21,875 bases of DNA from Acaryochloris thomasi RCC1774 (GTDB lineage: Bacteria > Cyanobacteriota > Cyanobacteriia > Thermosynechococcales > Thermosynechococcaceae): contig NZ_PQWO01000040.1 in NCBI RefSeq assembly GCF_003231495.1, positions 1-21,875 on the forward strand, in the 5' to 3' direction. Below, piece after piece: positions 1-8,272 of the stretch (within the stretch, counting starts at the first letter, position 1; the number at the start of each line of letters is the position of its first letter). A program made the position numbers and the translations under genes. The notes under the pieces are model-generated. The model had not been told where the DNA came from. It saw nothing but the letters and a program-made list of their open reading frames with translations, and did no database searches.

Positions 1-124
1 GGAGCGTAGGAATCATCAAGACGCCGAACCAACCGATGTATAAACGGTTGTCGGTGCTTGTGATCCAGCTACAAAAGCGCTCCCAGGCGCTGCCGCTTTC
101 GCGACGTTGTAGAACGGTTGTCAT
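1..124 (-). CDS. psbA: Photosystem II reaction-centre protein D1, 5' end only (gene runs off the left edge)
   Basis: The reverse complement from the ATG at 124-122 reads [41 protein letters not shown]. This is the canonical D1 N-terminus as I recall it. It is absent from the ORF track only because the window truncates it. Confidence 0.9.
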   Translation of the reverse strand, partial: MTTVLQRRESGSAWERFCSWITSTDNRLYIGWFGVLMIPTL

Positions 125-352
125 AATATGTATTGCGTTATGTAATGTGTTTGTAGGTTTACATCGATAAGATGCTTGCCCATATGAACAACAGTAACGA
201 AGATTCCTTCGATATGTAAAGTTATTCATATTGTCTTAACTTTTCACCCAGAAAGTCCGAATGAGCGGCCCCGTGCAGACTGTAGAAATCTGCAGATGGC
301 AATACTGCCGCAAAACGTCTAACTATAGATAGAGAAGATTACAGAGGCTCCT

Positions 353-1123
353 ATGTATATCGATAGACTGCCAGCCTTCTCTGACAACTACATTTTTTTG
401 CTATACAACGAGGAGAAGAAGGTTGCGGCTGTTGTTGATCCAGCGGATCCAACTCCGGTGTTGAAGAGGCTAGAGGAGCTGGATGCAGCGCTAGTGGCTA
501 TTTTTAATACCCATCACCATTCAGATCACGTGGGCGGGAACCGGACGTTGCTGCGGAGGTTTCCAGAGGCGCAGGTCTATGGTGGCGCAGAAGATAGAGG
601 GCGGATTCCTGGACAACAATTTTTTCTGGAGGATGGCGATCAGGTTGGGCTTTGCGATCGCAAAGCCCAAGTCTTCTTCGTCCCCGGTCACACCCGCGCC
701 CACATCGCCTACTACTTTCCGCCATCACAAGACGAACCGGGTGATCTATTCTGCGGCGACACGTTATTTGCAGGAGGCTGTGGCCGACTCTTTGAAGGCA
801 CGCCTGCACAAATGCTGGATTCGTTAAGCAAACTGCGCGACCTTCCAGAAGAGACTCGCGTATGGTGTGCCCATGAATATACGTTAAAGAATCTCCAGTT
901 CGCTCTCACAGTTGATAGCAAGAATCCTGAACTGCAAGACCGATTCCAGCAGGTTCAGAAAGCTAGAGAACAAAACCAAGCAACTGTTCCCTCATGGATC
1001 GGCATTGAGAAGCAGACCAACCCCTTCCTCCGATGGGACCAAGCGGCTCTAGTCACTGCAGTCCAGGGACGCGATTCTGTTCAGACCCTCGCTCGTTTAC
1101 GAGGTATGAAAGACCAGTTCTAG
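353..1123 (+). CDS. gloB: Hydroxyacylglutathione hydrolase (glyoxalase II), metallo-beta-lactamase fold
   Basis: 256-aa ORF with the [10 protein letters not shown] metal-binding motif. The typical GloB N-terminus ([11 protein letters not shown]) and C-terminal NPFLR motif are both present. Confidence 0.9.
   Translation: MYIDRLPAFSDNYIFLLYNEEKKVAAVVDPADPTPVLKRLEELDAALVAIFNTHHHSDHVGGNRTLLRRFPEAQVYGGAEDRGRIPGQQFFLEDGDQVGLCDRKAQVFFVPGHTRAHIAYYFPPSQDEPGDLFCGDTLFAGGCGRLFEGTPAQMLDSLSKLRDLPEETRVWCAHEYTLKNLQFALTVDSKNPELQDRFQQVQKAREQNQATVPSWIGIEKQTNPFLRWDQAALVTAVQGRDSVQTLARLRGMKDQF
647..668. repeat. 22-bp perfect palindrome built around a HIP1 site (GGGCTTTGCGATCGCAAAGCCC) inside gloB
   Basis: Read directly: 647-657 is the exact reverse complement of 658-668, with the HIP1 core at 654-661. 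Other HIP1 cores start at 1550, 2141, 3055, 6817, 9746, 10524, 11394, 12767, 15916, 16651, 16933, 18321, 18486, 19928 and 20929. Confidence 0.9.
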
Positions 1124-2235
1124 GCAAATCGGTTAAGACCTAAGGAAACAAGGGCCAGAAGCGCTACCACGCCATAGAACGTAAACACCACTGTTACCTC
1201 CGGCCAGCCCGATAGCTCAAAGTGATTGTGCAGCGGTGACATTCGAAAAAGGCGCTTGCCGACTCCATCCGGGCCTTTAGTGGCTTTGAAATAGATCACT
1301 TGAGCAATCACGGATAAAGCTTCAACTAAAAATAGCCCGCTCAAAATTAAGAGCGCCCAGAGGCTATTGCTAATCAGACCCACCGCAGCTAAAGCACCTC
1401 CCAGAGCCAGGGAGCCTGTATCCCCCATGAACACCCGTGCTGGATTGTAGTTATGGGCCAAGAAACCTAAACAGCCGCCCGCCATGCAAGCGCAAAAAAT
1501 CATCAGCCCTGGCCAGGCGGGAGCGACAACTAAGGCCATGCCGACCAGTGCGATCGCACTGGTGCCAGGTGCTAGCCCGTCCATCCCATCCGTCAAGTTA
1601 ACGGCGTTACTCTCTGCCGCCACGACAAACGTTGCCAGGAATAAAAACAAAATACCGATGGGCAGAGTAACGCCAAAGGGAAATTGAAGCGTTGTGATAC
1701 CAGACTGCTGCTGCATTAACCAAAGGGCGAAGAGCAGTCCACTCCCCAATTCAATTCCTAGCCGGAGCCGTGCTGAAATTCCTTTGTTCGACTTCTTGCG
1801 CAGTACCTGCCAGTCGTCAGCCCAGCCCACGCCACCCAAAACCAGGGTCAACAGCACTGCTGCAGCAACCTCAACCGGAAATTCAGGAAGGGCAATCGCG
1901 GACCACATTAAGCTGAAGACCAGAGCCACCGGAACAAAAAAAATGCCCCCCATTGTGGGCGTCCCTGCCTTTTTGAGGTGAGATTGGGGGCCATCTTCTC
2001 GAATGACTTGGCCTGCTTTCAAAGATCGCAACACCGGCACAGCCCAAAAACCCAGCAGCGTCACCGCTAGCGTGGTCACCGCAAAGGGCAATGTCAGCGA
2101 CACTAGGGGTTCAGAGAACCGGCCCGCGAGGTGGTCGGTTGCGATCGCAACCACCCCCAAGCCCACCAACAACAGCCCATATAGTTTTTGTCCCGACAGC
2201 CAGGTCGTCTTAGGAGTCTGATTCAAAACCGCCAT
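1120..2235 (-). CDS. mraY: Phospho-N-acetylmuramoyl-pentapeptide transferase
   Basis: 371-aa polytopic membrane ORF with MraY signature segments: [24 protein letters not shown] and PLHNHFE. Its stop overlaps the gloB stop (CTAG at 1120-1123). Confidence 0.92.
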   Translation of the reverse strand: MAVLNQTPKTTWLSGQKLYGLLLVGLGVVAIATDHLAGRFSEPLVSLTLPFAVTTLAVTLLGFWAVPVLRSLKAGQVIREDGPQSHLKKAGTPTMGGIFFVPVALVFSLMWSAIALPEFPVEVAAAVLLTLVLGGVGWADDWQVLRKKSNKGISARLRLGIELGSGLLFALWLMQQQSGITTLQFPFGVTLPIGILFLFLATFVVAAESNAVNLTDGMDGLAPGTSAIALVGMALVVAPAWPGLMIFCACMAGGCLGFLAHNYNPARVFMGDTGSLALGGALAAVGLISNSLWALLILSGLFLVEALSVIAQVIYFKATKGPDGVGKRLFRMSPLHNHFELSGWPEVTVVFTFYGVVALLALVSLGLNRFA

Positions 2236-2244
2236 CGCACTCAG

Positions 2245-2475
2245 CTAGCTATCCTCGTCGCTGTTATCGTCATCGGCCTCGAAGTCATCACTATCGCCAG
2301 ACATCAGCGCATTAATCTCTTCCATCTCTTCGTCATCAGCGGCTTTCTCTTGCGGCTCACGCTCCATCAAGCGGCCTGAATTCTCTAACCAGCCAAGAAT
2401 TGAAGCATCTTTGCGCGATTCCATAATCGGGGCGGCTTGTGACCGAGGCTGTTCGCGTAGAGAAGGATTTTTCAT
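2245..2475 (-). CDS. Small acidic-tailed protein, DUF3134-like (cyanobacterial conserved hypothetical)
   Basis: The ORF is open to 2586, but the family as I recall it starts M-x-NPSLR-x-(Q/E)PR, which matches MKNPSLREQPRSQ at the ATG 2475-2473. The C-terminus is a D/E-rich tail. It ends 9 nt upstream of the mraY start on the same strand. An alternative start is at 2508. Confidence 0.6.
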   Translation of the reverse strand: MKNPSLREQPRSQAAPIMESRKDASILGWLENSGRLMEREPQEKAADDEEMEEINALMSGDSDDFEADDDNSDEDS

Positions 2476-2570
2476 GGGTGTCAATTTACGTATATCTGCC
2501 GTCCCCATCTTACTCGCAACTGCTGGTTTTAGTGGGGCTAAAATAACGAGCAATACTTCATAGATCTCTG

Positions 2571-3656
2571 ATGCCACGACCGACACTCTACGCCGCCATC
2601 ACCAATCATGGGTTTGGCCATGCAACCCGAACAGCGGCTGTCCTTGCCGAAATTCAGCAACAGTACCCAGAAGTCCTGTTGATCTTGGCGACCGGTGCTC
2701 CCCGATGGCTGCTCGATCTTTACCTCCCCCAAGGCTTTATTTATCGGCCCTGCACCTTTGATATCGGGGCGGTCCAAAGCCACGGATTTAATATTGATAA
2801 AGGCGCAACGCTGCAAAGCCTGCAGCAAATTCAAGCGCGTGAACGGCAGTTGATAGCGGCAGAGGTCACATTTATACAGCAAAATCAGGTGGATTTGATC
2901 CTTGGAGACATTCCGCCACTGATCGCCAAGGTTGCTGAAGCTGCGGGCATTCCCTGCTGGATGAGCAGCAACTTTGGCTGGGATCTGATCTATCAAGACT
3001 GGGGGGATGAATTTGCCGACATTGTCGATTGGGTACAGGACTGCTTTTCGAGATGCGATCGCCTCTTTCGGCTTCCCTTCCATGAACCCATGTCCGCCTT
3101 CAAAAACATTGTTGACGTCGGCTTAACGGGCGCAGGCCCTAAAATTCCCACAGAAGATCTTCGCTCAAAACTAGACCTAACAACGGCACCCGAGAAAACG
3201 GTTTTACTCACCTTCGGCGGCATGGGCCTATCGCAGATGCCCTATCACCATCTACAGCAGTTCCCAGACTGGCAGTTTATTACCTTCGATAGTGTTGCTC
3301 CTAGCTACCCCAATCTTCTGCAGGTTTCAAGAGACGCTTACCGCCCCGTTGACCTGATGCCCCTGTGTGGACGAGTGGTGAGCAAACCAGGCTACGGGAC
3401 TTTTGCTGAAGTCTGTCGTCTTCAAATCCCCATAGTTTCTTTGCCGCGCACCGACTTTGCCGAGGCAGCCTTTCTGATTGCCGGGATGCAGGATCATAAT
3501 CACCATCAAATTCTGGGACCGGGAGAATTCGAGCAGTCCTGGGACTTCCTTCACCAAGCGCCCCACGCCCCTCGTCGCTCTGCGCCCCTCGCCACTAACG
3601 GCAACCAACAGATTGCAACAGCCGTGATTGACTATTTAAATTCAGCCAACCCCTAA
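2571..3656 (+). CDS. GT-B fold glycosyltransferase-like protein (GT1/GT28-like, similar to the N-terminal domain of plant L-arabinokinase); function unknown
   Basis: 361-aa ORF with the N-terminal ITNHGFGHATR glycine-rich motif and a C-terminal SKPGYGTFAE nucleotide-sugar-binding-like segment. The family assignment is from recall. Confidence 0.7.
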   Translation: MPRPTLYAAITNHGFGHATRTAAVLAEIQQQYPEVLLILATGAPRWLLDLYLPQGFIYRPCTFDIGAVQSHGFNIDKGATLQSLQQIQARERQLIAAEVTFIQQNQVDLILGDIPPLIAKVAEAAGIPCWMSSNFGWDLIYQDWGDEFADIVDWVQDCFSRCDRLFRLPFHEPMSAFKNIVDVGLTGAGPKIPTEDLRSKLDLTTAPEKTVLLTFGGMGLSQMPYHHLQQFPDWQFITFDSVAPSYPNLLQVSRDAYRPVDLMPLCGRVVSKPGYGTFAEVCRLQIPIVSLPRTDFAEAAFLIAGMQDHNHHQILGPGEFEQSWDFLHQAPHAPRRSAPLATNGNQQIATAVIDYLNSANP

Positions 3657-3735
3657 TCTCTGGAACAGAATCGGCTCTCGCTTCATCTATGTCTAGAGAT
3701 CCAGCCGCCTATACAAGAAATAGGTGGGGTTGATT

Positions 3736-3744
3736 TGATAAAAT
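3736..3744 (+). promoter_or_regulatory. Candidate extended -10 element (TGATAAAAT) for the downstream secreted-protein gene
   Basis: It matches the TGnTAnnnT pattern and lies 28 nt upstream of the ATG at 3772. No convincing -35 element is present. If it is real, it argues against the TTG start at 3745. Confidence 0.25.
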
Positions 3745-3771
3745 TTGGCTTGTCCTTGGCTAGCGTTTTCT

Positions 3772-5115
3772 ATGTCCATGTTGCTCTCTTCTTTGCTTTT
3801 GGCTCCAGCTCCCATCGCTCTGGCTCCAGAAATTCTTCAGCAGCAGGACGTACGAGCCCTGCCGGGCGAATTAGATAGCTTCCCGGTTTTTAACAGCAAC
3901 AGCCCTGAACTAGTGCTGTCAGAGGGTATTCTCCTCTCCACATTTCCGGGCAAAGGCAAGCAATCCCCTGAGGCTCACCTCAATTATCCTTTAGACGGTC
4001 GATTTGACCTGTTCTCCCATCACGTGACTCGCATCAACTCACGCAATGGGAAGCTGCCGCTATATCTAGGAGTCTTAGTTCATAATCCTGGAGACAAACC
4101 CGTTAAAGTTTTGGTGCTGCAGGCGAACAGCTATCTCAGCTCCTCTGAAGCGCCCTTCATTGATCTGCCAGATCAAATAGAGAATCGAGGGGGACGCGTT
4201 TACTCGGGGCCCGGTAGCCGCACCGCTAGCGATGTGCTGCGTCGCAAAAGTCAGGCCGGTTGGTCCACCAGCATTGAAGTGCCTCCAGGACAAAGCAAAA
4301 TGCTGATGAATCTAAAAATGCCGATCAGCAATAGCCGTACCACTTGGATGCGCCTCTACAGCAGCGATAAGCTCTATGTCGCCAGTATGGCTAAATTTGC
4401 AACATCCCGCGATTACAAACCGACACTCGAAGAGTGGCGATACCTGTTGTCAACAGGCGACTTGGCAACCCCTCGGGATAAAGCACCAACCCCTCCTAAG
4501 CAGAAAAAAGCCGATCCCTTTCTTTATGGTCGCGTCGCTGGTATCTCTCAAGGAGCTGAATGGAAGACAAAAGTCACCGACAGCCAGTCGGAGACGCTGG
4601 CGATTCCCGAGCCAGGAAAGGCGTTTTCCTACGTCCTTAATTCCCTAGATCGCGGCACGCTGGGGACAGGCCAAATTCAAAGCGCCCCCATGCTGGCCCG
4701 CTATCCTGATACGGCTTACCGCGCCCACGGCAACTACGGCGTCAAATACAAGTTAGATATTCCGCTCCATAACAATACGGAAACGCCTCAGAGAGTCACC
4801 CTCGCCATTCAGACCCCGATCAAAGAAGATCGGCTCAGCCAAGAAGGCTTGCGGTTCTTCAATAAGCCCACCGGGCAGCCCTTCTTTCGCGGGACCGTGA
4901 AGGTCACCTATACCAGCGATCGGGGGCAGCCCAAAAAGCGCTATCTCCATCTTGTGCAAAAGCGAGGCCAGCGAGGAAAACCGTTAGTCAATCTCACCTT
5001 ACCCCCTGGCAGTAGCCGCCCCGTGAGTCTAGAGCTGCTTTACCCCCCTGATTCCACACCGCCACAGGTGATTACAGTTCAGACCCTCAGCGACTCTAAA
5101 GCGTCAGCCCGCTAA
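3772..5115 (+). CDS. Secreted conserved hypothetical protein (DUF3370-like)
   Basis: The ORF is open from the TTG at 3745. The ATG at 3772 gives the signal-peptide-like MSMLLSSLLLAPAPIALA. At about 447 aa, its size and composition fit the cyanobacterial DUF3370 family as I recall it. No catalytic motif was recognised. Confidence 0.65.
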   Translation: MSMLLSSLLLAPAPIALAPEILQQQDVRALPGELDSFPVFNSNSPELVLSEGILLSTFPGKGKQSPEAHLNYPLDGRFDLFSHHVTRINSRNGKLPLYLGVLVHNPGDKPVKVLVLQANSYLSSSEAPFIDLPDQIENRGGRVYSGPGSRTASDVLRRKSQAGWSTSIEVPPGQSKMLMNLKMPISNSRTTWMRLYSSDKLYVASMAKFATSRDYKPTLEEWRYLLSTGDLATPRDKAPTPPKQKKADPFLYGRVAGISQGAEWKTKVTDSQSETLAIPEPGKAFSYVLNSLDRGTLGTGQIQSAPMLARYPDTAYRAHGNYGVKYKLDIPLHNNTETPQRVTLAIQTPIKEDRLSQEGLRFFNKPTGQPFFRGTVKVTYTSDRGQPKKRYLHLVQKRGQRGKPLVNLTLPPGSSRPVSLELLYPPDSTPPQVITVQTLSDSKASAR

Positions 5116-5657
5116 GGGGTCGGCACCGGTCGATACTTGAGTGCAGATTTAAGGGCCGCTAGCTCGTCTCGGTGAGCAGTGACGGTGACGAGGGTCTTCG
5201 ACTCAGATGCAGAAGGCTCAGCGCCAGACTCCACCTTAAGTAATACCTGCTCGGCGCGCTCGGCCTTCTTCCAGTAAAACAGAACGGTGAGGGGCGATAG
5301 AGCCACCAAGACCGTGAACCAAATGCCAACGGCGGGCCACTGGATAGCGAGCACTAAACTAAGGCACAGCAGACTCACCGCAGCTAGGGTCATCAAGAAA
5401 AGGGCTAGCCCTATACTGGGTCGGACAATACCTTCGAACGTAAGCTGGGCCTGCTCACGGTTCAGTCTCACCAACTGATAGGCTCGCTGCTTAAGATAGC
5501 TCTCCATTTGATTGAGGATGACGTCTTCTGCGTCTGGGGCCATCAACGTAACCTTCTCGGTGCGGTCTTTAACCGAGGCTCGGATGAAGAAAAATAGCCC
5601 AATGAGCAGCAGCAAGGTGATGAAGAAAATAGAGGGGAGAGCCAGAGAACGCATCAT
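5112..5657 (-). CDS. Membrane protein resembling CCB1 (cofactor assembly of cytochrome b6f complex C, subunit B; former DUF3529)
   Basis: 181 aa. The N-terminal TM helix is followed by FFFIRASVKDRTE, which I associate with CCB1-family proteins, and a second hydrophobic pair lies mid-protein. The stop overlaps the convergent upstream gene (CTAA at 5112-5115). Confidence 0.6.
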   Translation of the reverse strand: MMRSLALPSIFFITLLLLIGLFFFIRASVKDRTEKVTLMAPDAEDVILNQMESYLKQRAYQLVRLNREQAQLTFEGIVRPSIGLALFLMTLAAVSLLCLSLVLAIQWPAVGIWFTVLVALSPLTVLFYWKKAERAEQVLLKVESGAEPSASESKTLVTVTAHRDELAALKSALKYRPVPTP

Positions 5658-6023
5658 TCTGTCGGTTTAGGTAATTGTCGTGGGGTCTTTTATCAATATG
5701 AGTGCTAATAGCTGGAGCCTCAGTCATAGAGTAGAAAACGCTATCTCAGCTTGCGGCTAACATCGCACAGCAACACACATGGGTTCATCTTACTGCTGAA
5801 GCTGGTATAGATGCAGGGCATTGCGGCACGCAAGCGTAGAGAAGAGTCTTTTTAAATATCAGTAAATATACGCAAACGCCTTACATTTTGAGCTAGCGGA
5901 TAGCGTTCTTTCTCGGTATCGAGATCCGTTTTAAATAGGAGAAATTCATCCGTAGAAACACGGAGAAATCACCTTGCAACATCGTTTTTACTCTATTCAC
6001 AGAATAAAATTTCTTCAAGATGG

Positions 6024-6053
6024 TTGAAAGTCTTTATTTGTGGGCACTATAAG
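6024..6053 (+). promoter_or_regulatory. Candidate sigma70-type promoter (TTGAAA - 18 nt - TATAAG) for the sigma factor gene
   Basis: The hexamers at 6024-6029 and 6048-6053 were read directly. The predicted transcription start is about 35-40 nt upstream of the ATG at 6097. The 18-nt spacer is suboptimal. Confidence 0.3.
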
Positions 6054-6096
6054 TTCGGGAGCGGGTTAAATCAGCCCATCTAGAGGTAGCTCAATC

Positions 6097-7338
6097 ATGT
6101 CGACAATGTCCCGAAAATCCGAATCCATTAACATCTACTCCAAAACAAAGAACGGCCATTCTTCCAGTAATGGACCAGAAAAGACCGAAGACGATACCTG
6201 CGAGGACTTGGCTACAGATTCTGAATCTGCGGTCGAAGTTACGAAATTTCAGGGAAGACGGGGGACAACTGATTTAGTACGTCTATATTTGCAGGAAATC
6301 GGTCGCGTACCACTATTGGGACGCGACGAAGAAGTTGCAGAGGCTCAAAAAGTACAGCGGTATATGCAGCTTTTAGAGTCACGAGAACAGGCTGAGGAAA
6401 AGCCTGAAATTGCTGAATATATGCGGCTGACTGATGTACGAGATCGGCTTACGGCAAGGTTAGGCCATCGGCCTTCTATGGAGCGCTGGGCCAGAGAGGC
6501 AGATATTTCAGCGGAGACACTCAAGCCAAGTTTAAGTACAGGCAAAAAGTCCTGGGCACAGCACACAGACCTATCCGTTGCTGAGCTAGAAAAAATCTTG
6601 AAAGAGGGTGTTCGTGCTAAGGAACACATGATTCAGGCTAACCTGAGACTGGTAGTTTCCGTGGCGAAGAAGTACCAGAATCGAGGACTAGAGCTGCTTG
6701 ATTTGATTCAAGAAGGAACCTTGGGGCTTGAACGGGCGGTGGAAAAGTTCGACCCGACGAAGGGTTATCGCTTTAGTACCTATGCCTACTGGTGGATTCG
6801 TCAGGGGATTACACGTGCGATCGCAACCCAAAGTCGCACCATCCGCCTACCGGTCCACATCACCGAGAAGCTCAACAAGATCAAAAAAGCCCAGCGCAAA
6901 CTCTCTCAAGAGATGGGACGCACCGCATCCATTGAGGATGTAGCAAAAGAGATGAAGAGCACTCCCGAACAGGTGCGTGAGCTTCTATTGAAAGTCCCTA
7001 GAGCCGTTTCGCTAGAGATCAAAGTTGGCAAAGATAAAGACACCGAACTTGGTGATCTGCTTGAAACCGATGACATCTCTCCTGAAGAACTGATGATGCG
7101 CGAGTCGCTGCAGCAAGAGCTGCGCGATCTAATGGCAGAGCTAACCGAGCGCGAGCAAGATGTACTGAGAATGCGATTTGGTCTTAACGACGGGAAGACC
7201 CATTCCCTGGCAGAGATCGGGAAAGTTCTTGAGCTATCTCGGGAACGAGTCCGGCAAATTGAGTCAAAAGCCCTGCAAAAGCTGCGTCAGCCCAAGCGTC
7301 GCAATCGCATCCGTGATTTTCTGGAGGCGTTCTCTTAA
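6097..7338 (+). CDS. sigC: Group 2 RpoD-family sigma factor, SigC-like
   Basis: 413 aa with regions 1.2 to 4.2. It carries group-2 signatures (FSTYAYWWIRQGITRAIA, RLPVHITEKLNKIKKAQRKL, LSRERVRQIESKALQKLRQPKRRNRIRDF) rather than the group-1 VHLYETISRIKK type. It lies directly upstream of fur, as sigC (all1692) does relative to furA (all1691) in Anabaena PCC 7120 by my recall. The symbol is tentative. Confidence 0.75.
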   Translation: MSTMSRKSESINIYSKTKNGHSSSNGPEKTEDDTCEDLATDSESAVEVTKFQGRRGTTDLVRLYLQEIGRVPLLGRDEEVAEAQKVQRYMQLLESREQAEEKPEIAEYMRLTDVRDRLTARLGHRPSMERWAREADISAETLKPSLSTGKKSWAQHTDLSVAELEKILKEGVRAKEHMIQANLRLVVSVAKKYQNRGLELLDLIQEGTLGLERAVEKFDPTKGYRFSTYAYWWIRQGITRAIATQSRTIRLPVHITEKLNKIKKAQRKLSQEMGRTASIEDVAKEMKSTPEQVRELLLKVPRAVSLEIKVGKDKDTELGDLLETDDISPEELMMRESLQQELRDLMAELTEREQDVLRMRFGLNDGKTHSLAEIGKVLELSRERVRQIESKALQKLRQPKRRNRIRDFLEAFS

Positions 7339-7397
7339 GCATCACGCCTTTAGCCATCTATCAGGCTTCAGTCAGCAGATCTTAACAATCAGCAAAA

Positions 7398-7440
7398 AGC
7401 GCTCCTGTAAAAGCTTATGAATAGCAGGGGCGCTTTTTCT
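7398..7440 (+). terminator. Rho-independent terminator after the sigma factor gene
   Basis: AGCGCTCCTG (7398-7407) pairs with CAGGGGCGCT (7425-7434), giving 10 bp including one G-U pair. The loop is 17 nt and TTTTTCT follows. Confidence 0.65.
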
Positions 7441-7520
7441 CTTCTCAATAAGAAGACCTTCTTGCAAGCGACGAGCTTTCAGGTTAAAGTTTCAATAAGA
7501 CTTCACTCTTGAGAAGAAAG

Positions 7521-7970
7521 ATGTATACCTCCAACGCCTTAAAAGCCGAGCTAAACGATAAAGGCTGGCGCCTGACTCCTCAGCGGGAAACGATTCTCAC
7601 AGTCTTTCAAAACCTGCCTGAGGGAAAACACTTAAGTGCAGAAGAACTTCATGACCTCCTTCATGAGCAAGGAGACCCCATCAGCCTATCGACGATTTAT
7701 CGGACGGTGAAGCTGATGTCTCGTATGGGCATCTTGCGCGAGCTGGAATTTGCTGAAGGGCACAAGCATTACGAGATCAATCAACCCTACCCCTATCACC
7801 ATCACCATCTCATCTGCGTGAAGTGTAATAAGACCATTGAGTTCAAAAGTGACTCAGTGTTGAAAATCGGGACGAAAACAGCTCAGAAATCAGGCTTTCA
7901 TCTGCTGGATTGCCAGCTTTCAATTCACGCAATTTGTCCACAGTGTCAGCGCTCGATTGTTCCCAACTGA
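7521..7970 (+). CDS. fur: Ferric uptake regulator, FurA type
   Basis: The ORF is open from the TTG at 7509, and the ATG at 7521 gives MYTSNALKAELNDKGWRLTPQRETIL. This closely resembles cyanobacterial FurA as recalled. Also present are the HHHH motif, the CVKC and CPQC zinc motifs, and the winged-helix segment ISLSTIYRTVKLM. Confidence 0.88.
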   Translation: MYTSNALKAELNDKGWRLTPQRETILTVFQNLPEGKHLSAEELHDLLHEQGDPISLSTIYRTVKLMSRMGILRELEFAEGHKHYEINQPYPYHHHHLICVKCNKTIEFKSDSVLKIGTKTAQKSGFHLLDCQLSIHAICPQCQRSIVPN

Positions 7971-8160
7971 CCTATTGGCAGAGGCGGCCCAACGCTGATC
8001 TGAGTCAGCGTTCACTTAGAACAGCCCTACTCTGATCTTTTGGGGATGGACCAGCACGGCAAGCGGTACGAGAGTAGGGGAAAACCAACTAACAGGACAT
8101 TTGCGAGAGGCAACTATATGGCCTCTCGCAGCTTCAGGGCAACTCGTCTCAAGCAAGTTC

Positions 8161-8192
8161 AGCATGTGCCTCTCTAAATCACATGCTTTTAT
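8161..8192 (+). terminator. Terminator-like hairpin, the last of four stem-loops in the fur-fasciclin spacer
   Basis: AGCATGTG (8161-8168) pairs perfectly with CACATGCT (8180-8187). The loop is 11 nt and TTTTAT follows. Confidence 0.4.
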
Positions 8193-8272
8193 CCAGAGTT
8201 CAATCAAAGGGTAGATTCGGGACTCCTCACATAAAGCTAAACTGTCCTTACATCCTTTACAAAAGTAAACAC

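Noticed and set aside
504-921. Antisense or alternate-frame ORFs inside long genes. Examples: 504-809, 521-703, 579-827, 712-921, 1484-2221, 2538-3083, 9569-11624, 15089-15328, 18420-21288.
   Set aside because: All are shadow ORFs nested in well-supported conserved CDSs. They have low-complexity or Arg/Pro/Ser-rich translations typical of off-frame reading of GC-rich coding sequence.
3745-3771. N-terminal extensions from non-ATG starts in the ORF track: 3745 TTG, 7509 TTG, 8183, 2586 and 21317 TTG
   Set aside because: In each case the internal ATG (3772, 7521, 8273, 2475 and 21239) gives the N-terminus expected for the family or a proper signal peptide. The extensions add non-conserved residues.
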